From: an uncultured Nitrospiraceae bacterium
GTDB taxonomy: Bacteria; Nitrospirota; Thermodesulfovibrionia; Thermodesulfovibrionales; Dissulfurispiraceae
Assembly (NCBI GenBank): GCA_963727805.1
Contig: CAVSHF010000003.1
Location: 544,001 to 608,000 of the forward strand
Reading direction: 5' to 3'
DNA length: 64,000 bases
The translations under genes and the position numbers were made by a program. Below are positions 31,517 to 41,286 of this stretch, piece after piece; the stretch's first letter is position 1, and each line of letters opens with the position of its first letter. Below the pieces are notes generated by a model that was given only the letters and a program-made list of their open reading frames with translations, did not search any database and had not been told where the DNA came from.

Positions 31517-31805
31517 ACGGTATAGTGAACATTCGTTCACTTAAATGAATTTTGCCTACACAACAGACAGACGGCACGGCTTATATTCCCACGATGAATG
31601 ACGGACGTTTTCGCCGCCCTCTCATACTTTACGTAAAGAATCTTTTTTCATGACATTGGGATCAGGGATGCAATTTCTCTTCTGAGGGGACGTATTGCCC
31701 CGACCTGTCAGCTTTGAGCTATATCATACCTTTCAGTATAGCAAACTAGGCAAGTCCCATACCGTTATTTACATTTAGTTTTTCCGATATTTGTATATCG
31801 AAGCA

Positions 31806-32651
31806 TTAGAACATGTAGACGAAAGTTCGCGGGTCCCGGTACTCATGACACTGACTGCAGAGGCTTCGGGCCTTTTCTTTAACTATCCATGTATGCTGCC
31901 TGTGACAATGCATACAGTCTATGTTATTTTTTGCATGGGCCCCGTGCTCGCCAATAGAAAGCTGCGACCGATGACATTCGGCCGTGCATGTTGCTGAAGT
32001 TGGCTTATCCTTTTTATGCGGTCTGTGGCAATAGTGGCAGGAAAAGGTGGCCATAGCCCCCTTTTGAGGCATACCCGTATGGCAGCCGGTGCATTTCTCT
32101 TTCGGCGTCATGGCAACTTCCCGCTGGGAGAATCGGTGGCACTTGAGACATGAGAAGTCATCCACAGTTATGCCGTGCACCTCTTTATCGGCATGGCATT
32201 TCACGCAAACCGACTCATCAGGTGAGAAGTTATGCTTTACGACCGTGTGACATGCCTTGCAACCCATCTTCTTATTAAGAACATGTTTCGCATGACCATA
32301 TGACTTAGTGGGAGTGACAGCTCCCTGAGACAGAGTTTCCTCATGACAGGTTCCGCATTTCTGCCAGGGTGTTGTTCTACCGTGAGCTAGTGCCACAGGG
32401 TTTTTTCCCGTGGCTATATATGTCCCGAGGCGCTGATTCTGCTCGACAATACCTATTTCGTGGCATTTCTGACAGATGACATCCCTGTGCTTACCCATCT
32501 GTACATCTACGAATGATTCCTGGATTGCATGGCAGGAGGCACAAAAGTCGGGATCATCCTGAGTATATTGATAATATCGATACCCATATAGAAAGAGGGA
32601 AAAGACTATGATGGCGAGAACAAACCCCTTAATATTGTTAGAGATGGGCAT
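31806..32651 (-). CDS. Membrane-anchored multiheme cytochrome c (NapC/NirT-like N-terminus)
   Basis: N-terminal TM, DFCASCH; 10 CxxCH plus one CxxxCH (CTAECH). Confidence 0.9.
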   Translation of the reverse strand: MPISNNIKGFVLAIIVFSLFLYGYRYYQYTQDDPDFCASCHAIQESFVDVQMGKHRDVICQKCHEIGIVEQNQRLGTYIATGKNPVALAHGRTTPWQKCGTCHEETLSQGAVTPTKSYGHAKHVLNKKMGCKACHTVVKHNFSPDESVCVKCHADKEVHGITVDDFSCLKCHRFSQREVAMTPKEKCTGCHTGMPQKGAMATFSCHYCHRPHKKDKPTSATCTAECHRSQLSIGEHGAHAKNNIDCMHCHRQHTWIVKEKARSLCSQCHEYRDPRTFVYMF

Positions 32652-32911
32652 TCGAATACCTAAGACCCCTCAGGGGTTTATATTTGTAGTAAGTTGAAAT
32701 AAATTTCATTTTCTCGTTAGAAATAATCATCATTATAGCAGATTTTAGGGCAGAGAGCTCTAACCACTTGATGAATACCGATCATGTCCACCCATAGGGT
32801 TCTGACAATGCGAATATTCAGAAACAGCTTACCTACTGAAAGTTAACCCGATTTTCGTCTATGCGTGCATCGTTTGCGAAGAATTTGAACATACGACACT
32901 GATTTGCAGAC

Positions 32912-34693
32912 TTACGCCTTGGGCATCTGTTCACATTCATTGAAGATTCGCACTTTGCAGTAACGGCATCTTTCGGGGTCGAGTTTGGGGACGATATTTT
33001 TTATCGCCTCTAATTTTGATTCGAAAATATTCTTTTCCCCAAAGCTTTTCATACAGCCTCCCCGACTCATAATATCGACGACCTCTCCTTTAAGCGAACA
33101 AAGATAGACTTCCCTGCCGCCAAGTCGGAGACGGTGTATTTCCTGATTCATCATCTGACATCCCGCAACATCTATGAAATTAATACCACCTCCAACAATC
33201 AGGATATGGGCCTGTTCTGGATTTTGCTTTGTAGTATCATCCAGCATTTCAGCAACGTGATTGACAGCTCCAAAAAAAATTGAGCCGTCAATCCTGAGAA
33301 TCTTGAGCTGGGGGCATTCCGGAAGTGCCTTTTTCTGCAGATTGACAAAATGTCTCTTGCCTCTCTCCGGATCTGGTACAAGTGTGATAAAGCTGGGATG
33401 AGACGTACGGCTAAGATAAATCAGTAAAGAGAGAATTACCCCCACATAAATGGCAAATTCCAATTCTACAAATAGTGTGGACAAAAGAGTAGCAAGCATA
33501 ATTCCGGCTTCTGGCTTGCTTGTCTTGATAATGGTATTAATATGGTGAAAATCAACAAGATTATACGCCACAAGGAGCAGAATTCCCGCCATAGCTGCGA
33601 TGGGGAGGTAGGCAGTCAGTGGGGCAACCAGCAGAAGAATGAGAGCTAATGCTGCTGCTGAATAAACGGCCGCCATCGGTGTCTTTGCGCCAGCATTATA
33701 ATTCACCCCGGTACGGGTAAAAGAGCCGGAGGCAGCATAACTCGAAAAGAAACTCCCTACAATGTTCGAAAGGCCCTGTCCGATAAATTCCTGATTGCTG
33801 TCGATGCGCTGTTCTGATTTAGCGGCTACTGAACGCGCTATCGATACTGCCTCTGCAAGTCCCAGCATCGCAACTGCCAATGCTCCCGGAGCAAGCTGGC
33901 GCAAAGAGGATATGGTTAAATCAGGGCTTGTGAGGGGAGGCAAATGGCTGGGCAGTGCCCCGATAAGTTCGACCCCGTGGTTCCTACCGTCGAGGAGTAT
34001 CGCCATAACACTCCCGCAGATCATTGCAAAAAGCATCCCCGGCCAGTTAGGCAATATCCTTTTAAAAAGCATAGCGATTAACAAGGTTGCCAACCCTATG
34101 GCCAGGACATAAACGTTTGTTTCAGATAGTCTCGGAATAAAATCAGACCACACATGGAAAAAGTAGTGTCCCCCGCTAAGTTTAATCCCAGTCAGATTGC
34201 CCATCTGGCTTGTAGCAATGAGAAGTGCTGCCCCCGAAGTAAATCCAACAACTACGGAATGGGAGACGAAATTCACGAGAGCACCAAGCCGCGCAAAGCC
34301 CAAGCCCATCTGGAAAAGTCCAACAAGGAATGTAAGTGTGAGGACCATCTGTATATACTCAGGGCTTGATGGAGTGGCCAATCTGCCCACCGTCGTAAGA
34401 ATCACAATGGATATTGCAGTAGTAGGCCCCGAGATAAGATGATATGAAGAGCCGAAAAAAGCGGCAATAATAGCAGGCACTATCGCCGAATAAATACCGT
34501 ATTCAGGAGGAAGTCCTGCAATCAGCGCGAAAGCGACTCCTTGCGGCAACACAATAACCGCACCAGTAATCCCGGCCATCATATCAGCGCGAGTACTGCG
34601 GCGATTGACGAGAGGCCACCAGCGACGGAAAGGACAGAGTTTTTCCAGAAAAGTCCCCTGCCGACAAAACCCTGCCAGTTTCTTAAAGTCCAT
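32912..34693 (-). CDS. SulP family anion transporter with STAS domain
   Basis: LPQGVAFALIAGLP, SGPTTA, NQEFIGQG, SFTRT, STAS RIDGSIFFG. Confidence 0.95.
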   Translation of the reverse strand: MDFKKLAGFCRQGTFLEKLCPFRRWWPLVNRRSTRADMMAGITGAVIVLPQGVAFALIAGLPPEYGIYSAIVPAIIAAFFGSSYHLISGPTTAISIVILTTVGRLATPSSPEYIQMVLTLTFLVGLFQMGLGFARLGALVNFVSHSVVVGFTSGAALLIATSQMGNLTGIKLSGGHYFFHVWSDFIPRLSETNVYVLAIGLATLLIAMLFKRILPNWPGMLFAMICGSVMAILLDGRNHGVELIGALPSHLPPLTSPDLTISSLRQLAPGALAVAMLGLAEAVSIARSVAAKSEQRIDSNQEFIGQGLSNIVGSFFSSYAASGSFTRTGVNYNAGAKTPMAAVYSAAALALILLLVAPLTAYLPIAAMAGILLLVAYNLVDFHHINTIIKTSKPEAGIMLATLLSTLFVELEFAIYVGVILSLLIYLSRTSHPSFITLVPDPERGKRHFVNLQKKALPECPQLKILRIDGSIFFGAVNHVAEMLDDTTKQNPEQAHILIVGGGINFIDVAGCQMMNQEIHRLRLGGREVYLCSLKGEVVDIMSRGGCMKSFGEKNIFESKLEAIKNIVPKLDPERCRYCKVRIFNECEQMPKA

Positions 34694-35237
34694 CTGATTT
34701 AATGTGCGAATCGCTATTTAATAAATAGAAAAGGTCCCTTGCCAATAAAAAAAACTTGCTATACCGTTCATCCTTATAATCATTGTAAGTATTGATATTC
34801 GGGATAAATTTCCCTTCCGACTTTGAAAAGATCAGCGTCACCTCAGCAAAAATGCCTTTTTTTAGATAAATACGGTGAGAATAATTCTTGGTCGAGGCGA
34901 GAACGACCTTTGCAAAAGTAAGATAACCCGGATCGAGATTAATGTTTCTCTTGCCTTCCGTGGTGAACTTCATCTCAAGATCATTAGTCATAAGTTTTAT
35001 TTCGGACAGCTTATCGGGTTCGATAAGATCCTTAAAGAAAAGAAACCTCCGGAACAGGGGTTCACCCATCTCCTCCTTGTAGTGCTCTGAAAAATCCCAT
35101 CTTACGGGAGGAGTTTCCATAATCACTTCACCGAAGGCTTCCTGTAAGGCATGGTATGCTTCGAGATAATAGTCCTTTTTGGAGAAAAGCGCGCCGACAA
35201 AAAGTAGGGTTTTTCCAGGAGAGCGGGGTATACCCAT
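34683..35237 (-). CDS. DUF4416 family protein
   Basis: HYKEEMG, RNINLDPGY, LASTKNYSHRIYL. Confidence 0.8.
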   Translation of the reverse strand: MGIPRSPGKTLLFVGALFSKKDYYLEAYHALQEAFGEVIMETPPVRWDFSEHYKEEMGEPLFRRFLFFKDLIEPDKLSEIKLMTNDLEMKFTTEGKRNINLDPGYLTFAKVVLASTKNYSHRIYLKKGIFAEVTLIFSKSEGKFIPNINTYNDYKDERYSKFFLLARDLFYLLNSDSHIKSDGL

Positions 35238-35251
35238 AAAAAGATCAGTCT

Positions 35252-35779
35252 TTAACTCTCGTCTTCGAGTTTCTTGATGGCAGCCCTCACGTCAGGGTTA
35301 TCCCAGCTTATGGGACCGATGATCTTACGCTCGACAGTGCCCCTTTTGGAAAGGATAAACGTTTCTGGCACCCCGGTGATGCCGTAATCATAAGATGTTT
35401 TTTGGTCATCGATCAGGACGTTAAAGGTGAATCCATTATTTTTAAGATACGAGGCGGCATTCTGAGCGGAATCATTATAAAGTATTGTCACGGCTACAAA
35501 GTTTCTGTTGTCTTTTTCAGATTCTATAAATTTTTGAAAAGATGGATTCTCTTCCTTACAGGAATCACACCACGTCGCCCAGAAGTTCACCAGCACAACC
35601 CTCCCTCTGAGATCAGCGAGTCGCCAAGTCTTTCCACCAATATCTTGTAGCTCAAAATTGGGGGCACTCAGGCCGATACTCGCCTTCCTTTTCGCGGACT
35701 CCTTTTTTCCGGGGAGTGAATAGGTCAGCACGATTCCGACTATGACAACAATTAAGAGTATTATTCCTTTATTTTTCAT
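35252..35779 (-). CDS. TlpA/ResA thioredoxin-like disulfide reductase
   Basis: N-terminal TM; NFWATWCDSC, GVPETF. Confidence 0.92.
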   Translation of the reverse strand: MKNKGIILLIVVIVGIVLTYSLPGKKESAKRKASIGLSAPNFELQDIGGKTWRLADLRGRVVLVNFWATWCDSCKEENPSFQKFIESEKDNRNFVAVTILYNDSAQNAASYLKNNGFTFNVLIDDQKTSYDYGITGVPETFILSKRGTVERKIIGPISWDNPDVRAAIKKLEDES

Positions 35780-36015
35780 ATTAGTAAAAGAGGCGACTCC
35801 GCAGAGATTCTCACTTGGCTAATAAAAGAATTATAAATCAATTACTTTAAATAAATCAATAATGGAACGTCACTTGAGCGGTACTTACAAGGGTATTTTC
35901 TGTTTTTATAAGGAATATTCTGTGTGAACACCAAAGGCTTACCTCAGCAGCCATATATTCAAAATTCATCTCAAGATTTCTGGCCTCTGGATGCAAGACA
36001 TACTCAACGCCCTGT

Positions 36016-36189
36016 ACAATAAACCAGACACAAGCAGATCAGGTGACGACCGGCTGTCCTGCGTGCATGATGCAGTTGCTCGACCGCGTGGGGCGTTTTG
36101 ACGGGGGCAGAAGATCGTGCACTACATATCCCTGCTTGCGGAATCTTACCGGAGGGGGAAGAGTGGAGGAAATGGCTATGTTCGATGAG
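36016..36189 (+). pseudogene. C-terminal remnant of a CCG-domain Fe-S subunit (GlcF-like)
   Basis: ADQVTTGCPACMMQL..., frameshift, then KIVHYISLLAESY; no 5' part present. Confidence 0.65.
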
Positions 36190-36729
36190 TTCAAATCCCG
36201 CGCTGAGGCGGTCAGCGCCGAGGTGCACCGGTTTTTCACGAAGGATGAGGCTCTGGTGTTCATCATCGACGTCTTGAAGAAGGAAGGGGTGTCAAACCGC
36301 CCACAGGCATATGCAGTGTGGGCCGATTGTCCCTTCCTCAAGGGCATCGACCGGGCGGGGCTCGCGAGAAAAGTCCCGGGTCTTACCTTCGATGTTACCA
36401 GAGAGACGGCGGCGGCGGCCCATGTAGGCATAAGCCAGATGGACTGGGCGATAGCGAATACCGGCACGCTAGTCCAGAATTCAACGCCTGTCGAACAGAG
36501 ATTGGCCTCGTCTCTATCATTTATTCACATAGCAATGATAGCTACCGATGGGCTCCTGGCAGACATGCCCTCTCTTCTGACAAAGATAAATCCCAAAGAG
36601 AGCGGCTATATAGCGATGATAACAGGACCGAGCCGGACAGCGGATATCGAGCGCGTGCTCACCATCGGCGTTCACGGGCCTCAGAGGCTCATAATCGTCT
36701 TTGTCGATGACCTTAGAGGAATGAACTGA
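36172..36729 (+). CDS. LutC/LldG LUD-domain lactate utilization protein
   Basis: AIANTGTL, ITGPSRTADIERVLTIGVHGP; GGAGGA RBS. Confidence 0.92.
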   Translation: MAMFDEFKSRAEAVSAEVHRFFTKDEALVFIIDVLKKEGVSNRPQAYAVWADCPFLKGIDRAGLARKVPGLTFDVTRETAAAAHVGISQMDWAIANTGTLVQNSTPVEQRLASSLSFIHIAMIATDGLLADMPSLLTKINPKESGYIAMITGPSRTADIERVLTIGVHGPQRLIIVFVDDLRGMN

Positions 36730-38861
36730 TGAATAAGGAATTCAGAGAGTCGATAAACAATGCACTTCACAATATGAACCTGACAGGCGCGCTCGGAAAG
36801 TTCTCGGAAGCTTACAGGGCTAGTAGACTGAAGGCATACGAAGGCATTGATTTTGAGGTCTTAAGGACAAGGATTGCAGAACTTAAATCCTACGCTGCAT
36901 CACATCTGGATGTTCTTTCGGAGCTGTTTGTAAAGAATGCCGAGGCAAAAGGTGCAAAGGTCTTCAGGACTAACAGTCCCGAAAAGGTTAAGGAATATAT
37001 CCTACAAGTTTCACTGGAAAATGATGTCAGGAGTGTCGTCAAATCCAAGTCTATGGCCTCTGAAGAGATCCATCTGAACCCTTATCTGGAACAGCACGGG
37101 ATTTCGGTGAGAGAGACCGACTTGGGCGAATGGATCATTCAACTTGCAGGACAAACTCCTTCACATATGGTCTTGCCTGCAATCCATATGACCAAGGAAG
37201 AAGTCTCGGACCTTTTCAGCAAGGAGATCAACGAGAGGCTTAGTTCCGACATCCCGAAGCTCGTGAAGGTGGCGCGGAAAGAGATCCGGGGCAAGTTTCT
37301 CGAAGCGGACATGGGCATATCGGGAGCGAACATAGCCGTGGCTGAGACAGGAAGCATCGTACTTGTGACCAATGAAGGAAACGCCAGACTCGTCACCACC
37401 CTACCAAAGATCCATGTGGCGATTATCGGCATAGAAAAGCTGGTCGCTAACTTTGAGGACATCGTACCGATTCTTACAGCTCTGCCGAGGAGTGCAACAG
37501 GCCAGCTGCTTACGAGCTACGTCTCGATCATAACCGGCCCTACTCCCAATACCGACGGTTCGATGAAGGACCTCCATATCATCCTCATGGACAACCGCAG
37601 AAGCGAAATGGCGAACGACCCAAAGTTTAAACAGGCGCTTCAGTGTATCCGCTGCGCCTCATGCCTTAACGTATGCCCGATATATAGGCTTGTAGGCGGT
37701 CATGTATTCGGGAAGGTCTATACTGGGGGTATCGGCACCATCCTGACCGCATGGTTTGATGAGCTAAAGAAATCCGAAGATATCCAGGGCCTCTGCATCC
37801 AGTGCGGCAACTGCAAAGAGGTCTGCCCCGGCAAGATCGACATCCCCGAAATGATACTTGAGATCAGGCGTCGTCTCGTCGTGGATAAGGGACAGTCGCT
37901 GCTCCAGAAAGCCATCTTCTCGGTGGTGAACAACCGCAGGTTATTTCATTCGATGCTGCGCACCGCATCACTCGCGCAGATGCCAATTGCAAAGGGAGGC
38001 TTTATCCGCCACCTGCCGATGTTCCTGTCTGACCTGACGGAGTTCAGGAGCCTGCCTGCCATAGCTGAAGTTCCTTTCAGGGACAAGTACAAACAGATCA
38101 AACAGCCGAAGCTGAAAGAGAAAGCTGCATTTTACGCCGGATGCCTCATCGACTTCGCCTATCCTGAAACAGGGGAAGCGATTGTAAGGATATTGAATAA
38201 GGCCGGAATCGAGGTCGTATTCCCCGATGAGCAGACCTGCTGCGGGGCACCTGCGAGGTACAACGGCGCTTACGAAGTTGCAGCTCAGAATGCTGTCGAC
38301 AATATCAAGGCCCTCATGCAGGACAAGACTCAATATGTGGTCTCTGCCTGTCCGACATGCACCGTGGCCCTCAAGCACGAGTTCATCAACACCTTCGAGA
38401 GTCTCGGGAAGAGCGAGTGGATGGACCAGGCGCGTGAGCTATCTGCAAGGACGATCGATTTCTCCACCCTCATAAAGAAGCTAGTGGACGAAGGACGCCT
38501 GACCCTTAAAGAGGGACAACAGCTCGGGAAATTCACCTATCACGACTCCTGCCACCTCAAGAGGACCCTTAATGTCCATGAGGAGCCGAGGGAGTTGATG
38601 AAGAAGGCTGGGTTCGAGCTGGTTGAGATGTTCGAGTCTGACATGTGCTGCGGCATGGGAGGTTCCTATTCCATAAAGCTACCGGAGATCTCAGCGCCGA
38701 TCCTGCAAAGGAAACTCAAGAACATCAAGGATACTTCTGTCCAGATAGTAGCTATGGATTGCCCTGGCTGCGTCATGCAAATCCGGGGAGGCTTTGACAA
38801 GGACGGAGCGGCAGTTAAGGTCAAGCATACTGCCGAGCTGCTTGAGGAGCAATTCAAATAA
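36729..38861 (+). CDS. L-lactate dehydrogenase large subunit (LutB-LutA fusion, LldH/LdhH type)
   Basis: KSKSMASEE, ETDLGEW, PSHMVLPAIH, CIRCASCLNVCP, two CCG domains. Confidence 0.92.
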   Translation: MNKEFRESINNALHNMNLTGALGKFSEAYRASRLKAYEGIDFEVLRTRIAELKSYAASHLDVLSELFVKNAEAKGAKVFRTNSPEKVKEYILQVSLENDVRSVVKSKSMASEEIHLNPYLEQHGISVRETDLGEWIIQLAGQTPSHMVLPAIHMTKEEVSDLFSKEINERLSSDIPKLVKVARKEIRGKFLEADMGISGANIAVAETGSIVLVTNEGNARLVTTLPKIHVAIIGIEKLVANFEDIVPILTALPRSATGQLLTSYVSIITGPTPNTDGSMKDLHIILMDNRRSEMANDPKFKQALQCIRCASCLNVCPIYRLVGGHVFGKVYTGGIGTILTAWFDELKKSEDIQGLCIQCGNCKEVCPGKIDIPEMILEIRRRLVVDKGQSLLQKAIFSVVNNRRLFHSMLRTASLAQMPIAKGGFIRHLPMFLSDLTEFRSLPAIAEVPFRDKYKQIKQPKLKEKAAFYAGCLIDFAYPETGEAIVRILNKAGIEVVFPDEQTCCGAPARYNGAYEVAAQNAVDNIKALMQDKTQYVVSACPTCTVALKHEFINTFESLGKSEWMDQARELSARTIDFSTLIKKLVDEGRLTLKEGQQLGKFTYHDSCHLKRTLNVHEEPRELMKKAGFELVEMFESDMCCGMGGSYSIKLPEISAPILQRKLKNIKDTSVQIVAMDCPGCVMQIRGGFDKDGAAVKVKHTAELLEEQFK

Positions 38862-38884
38862 GGTATTAACGTACAACAATGTTT

Positions 38885-39014
38885 ATGGATTACACTAATA
38901 GATTTACCAAACCAGACGAAGTATCCAAAGAGATTGTCTGGTTGGCAACGGAAATGTCCAGAATATATTAATGGAACATGTTTGGATATCAACAATGGAG
39001 CATTCCCTCGTTGA
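38885..39014 (+). pseudogene. C-terminal fragment of an SDR oxidoreductase
   Basis: RFTKPDEVSKEIVWLATE / frameshift / CPEYINGTCLDINNGAFPR*. Confidence 0.55.
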
Positions 39015-39355
39015 CATGGATGGCTCAATCTAACAATACCACTGCACGCGGCACGCAAGTGAGCGATTGGCCGTTAACAGCTTTCAGTCTAAGAGTAATC
39101 TTATCTCTTCACTCATATGTTTGCCAAGTGTTGTGTCAGCCAATCATCAGTAGCGCCAGTATCGCCAATTTAGCAATTTCCGAAATAAACTGAAAGCAAA
39201 ATGGCAGAACATACGCGTTACCTTATTTATAAAGGTGGCGATAAGAGTCATTGCCCCATGTTTGTCTTCATGTTATTGGGATATTCGCATTTGCAGCAAA
39301 GTAAAATGGTGTATAATTTTGAATACAAAAGAAAACCTTTTTGCGAGGAGTTCGG

Positions 39356-39925
39356 ATGGAGAAGAAAATATTATATTTTGAAAAGACTGGAAAGGACAAC
39401 AGTAGCGCTTGTCTCGCATGCGTGAAGGACTTAGTGAGGGACGGAAGACAAAAGCATTTGGTGATTGCCTCGACATCCGGTACTACAGGACTTCTGTTTA
39501 CAGAAGCGTTTAAGGAGAGCGGCCTGAATCTCGTGGTCGTCACGCATTCAGCTGGTTTTAAGGGCCCGAATACATTTGAGATCGAGGCAGAGATGCTCAA
39601 AAAAATACGGGCAAACGGTGCACAGATTTTCACCGGAACGATTCTCACCCATTCAATAGAGACGTCGCTTAACGCACAGTTCAATGGCATCTATCCTGCG
39701 ATGATCATAGCCAATTCTCTGCGAAGGTTCGGTGAAGGCGCCAAGGTCTGCTGCGAAATAGTCATGATGGCCGCCGATGCAGGTCTAATCCCGGAGGGTG
39801 AAGAGGTAGTAGCTGTAGCTGGAACGGGGTACGGAGCGGACACTGTGATGATCCTAAAGTCGGCCGTATCGAAGAGGTTCTTAGATTTACGCGTCCTTGA
39901 AATCCTCGCTAAGCCGAGGCTGTGA
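39356..39925 (+). CDS. Pyruvate-kinase C-terminal-like protein (DUF1867/MTH1675 family)
   Basis: YFEKTGKDN, VIASTSGTTG, GEGAKVCCEI..AADAG, GTGYGADT. Confidence 0.85.
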   Translation: MEKKILYFEKTGKDNSSACLACVKDLVRDGRQKHLVIASTSGTTGLLFTEAFKESGLNLVVVTHSAGFKGPNTFEIEAEMLKKIRANGAQIFTGTILTHSIETSLNAQFNGIYPAMIIANSLRRFGEGAKVCCEIVMMAADAGLIPEGEEVVAVAGTGYGADTVMILKSAVSKRFLDLRVLEILAKPRL

Positions 39926-40336
39926 AGAAAACGAGACTTTCTAGTTAATGAAGTACACCTTGTGACCAGGAGGGATGACCATGTGGATGCGCATTTCATC
40001 GGATGCTCTGCACTGCTGTTACATCCCCATATGTGCGGTTCTTCAAAAGTAACATTCAAGATCAAAACATCAGCTTAAAGTCAACACTGGTGAACGCGAC
40101 TAAGTGCTCAACTATTTATCCTGGAATATGCAAGATCCTCTGTAATCATTCTAAAAGAATACATCGATTCGTTATGCTGTGACACTCCTTTTAGTTATGT
40201 TCATAATAACCCGTTATAATTATGGTAAAGAGACCGTTAACCTGACAGCTATTCTAAAGGACTAAACGGATATAAACTCATTGACGCTTAAGCTTCGAGA
40301 AGGGAATATCTCTTTAACATCGCAGTAGGAGAAGCA

Positions 40337-41248
40337 ATGTCCGGGGAAAAGGAAACCACGAAGAAAAACAGGATTCAACCACCAGACAAAAGGCTGCGGG
40401 GTGTGTTTGCTGACGCCGGTAGAAAGAGAGATTTAGGGGAAGCGATTCCAGTTCCTGATGCTGAGATTTCAGGTGTACCCCCGGCATGCCGTGCTTTAAA
40501 AGAGGCGACAGAGCGTTCAGGGCATGGGAAGGCGGTGACCAATTTAGAGAAATCCCATGATCAATTACGCCACTTGACAGCTCATCTGCAATCAGTCAGG
40601 GAAGATGAAAAGAAGCACATCGCTCGCGAAATCCACGACGACCTTGGCCAGAGTCTCACCGCTTTAAAAATGAACTTATCGAGGATAGCGGCAAAACTGT
40701 CAACCACTCCAGGGAACAAAGCGATTGCCGAAGAGTTGAATGTGGCAATAGGCCTTGTCTCTTCGACTATAGGGACTGTTAAACAGATTTGCACAGAACT
40801 GAGGCCGCCGCTATTAGACCATCTCGGTATCGGGGCGGCTATTGAGTGGCAGTGTGAGGAATTCCAAAAGAGCAGCGGAGTGGAATGCCAGATTGCGATG
40901 CCGTCCGATGTATTTACCGTTGACATGGATATCGCTATCGCACTTTTCAGGGTCTTTCAGGAGGTGTTAACAAATGTGCTCAAGCATTCACAAGCAACAA
41001 AGGTTGAAGCTAGCCTTAAAGAGAAAAATGGCAAGATCATTTTCAAGATACATGACAATGGCGTGGGAATTACTGAAAGGCAAATGTCAAAACGCCATTC
41101 TTTTGGGATTCTAGGAATGTGCGAACGTCTTTATTCCCTCGGCGGGACGATTTCGATCAATGGAGAAGAACAAAACGGCACCACCGTGACGGTGAACATT
41201 CCGGTATCAGGTGCGAGTACCATTTTTGATATTTCATCGAAGAAATAG
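40337..41248 (+). CDS. Cytoplasmic HisKA_3 histidine kinase without a recognisable sensor
   Basis: IAREIHDDLGQSL, LRPPLLDHLG, DNGVG, GILGM. Confidence 0.85.
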   Translation: MSGEKETTKKNRIQPPDKRLRGVFADAGRKRDLGEAIPVPDAEISGVPPACRALKEATERSGHGKAVTNLEKSHDQLRHLTAHLQSVREDEKKHIAREIHDDLGQSLTALKMNLSRIAAKLSTTPGNKAIAEELNVAIGLVSSTIGTVKQICTELRPPLLDHLGIGAAIEWQCEEFQKSSGVECQIAMPSDVFTVDMDIAIALFRVFQEVLTNVLKHSQATKVEASLKEKNGKIIFKIHDNGVGITERQMSKRHSFGILGMCERLYSLGGTISINGEEQNGTTVTVNIPVSGASTIFDISSKK

Positions 41249-41286
41249 GAAAACTAAGAGACCTTAACAACGACGTTGAAGTACTG

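Noticed and set aside
36043..36171. Cys-rich N-terminal extension of LutC
   Set aside because: Explained by the frameshifted remnant of the upstream gene; the RBS lies at 36165-36170
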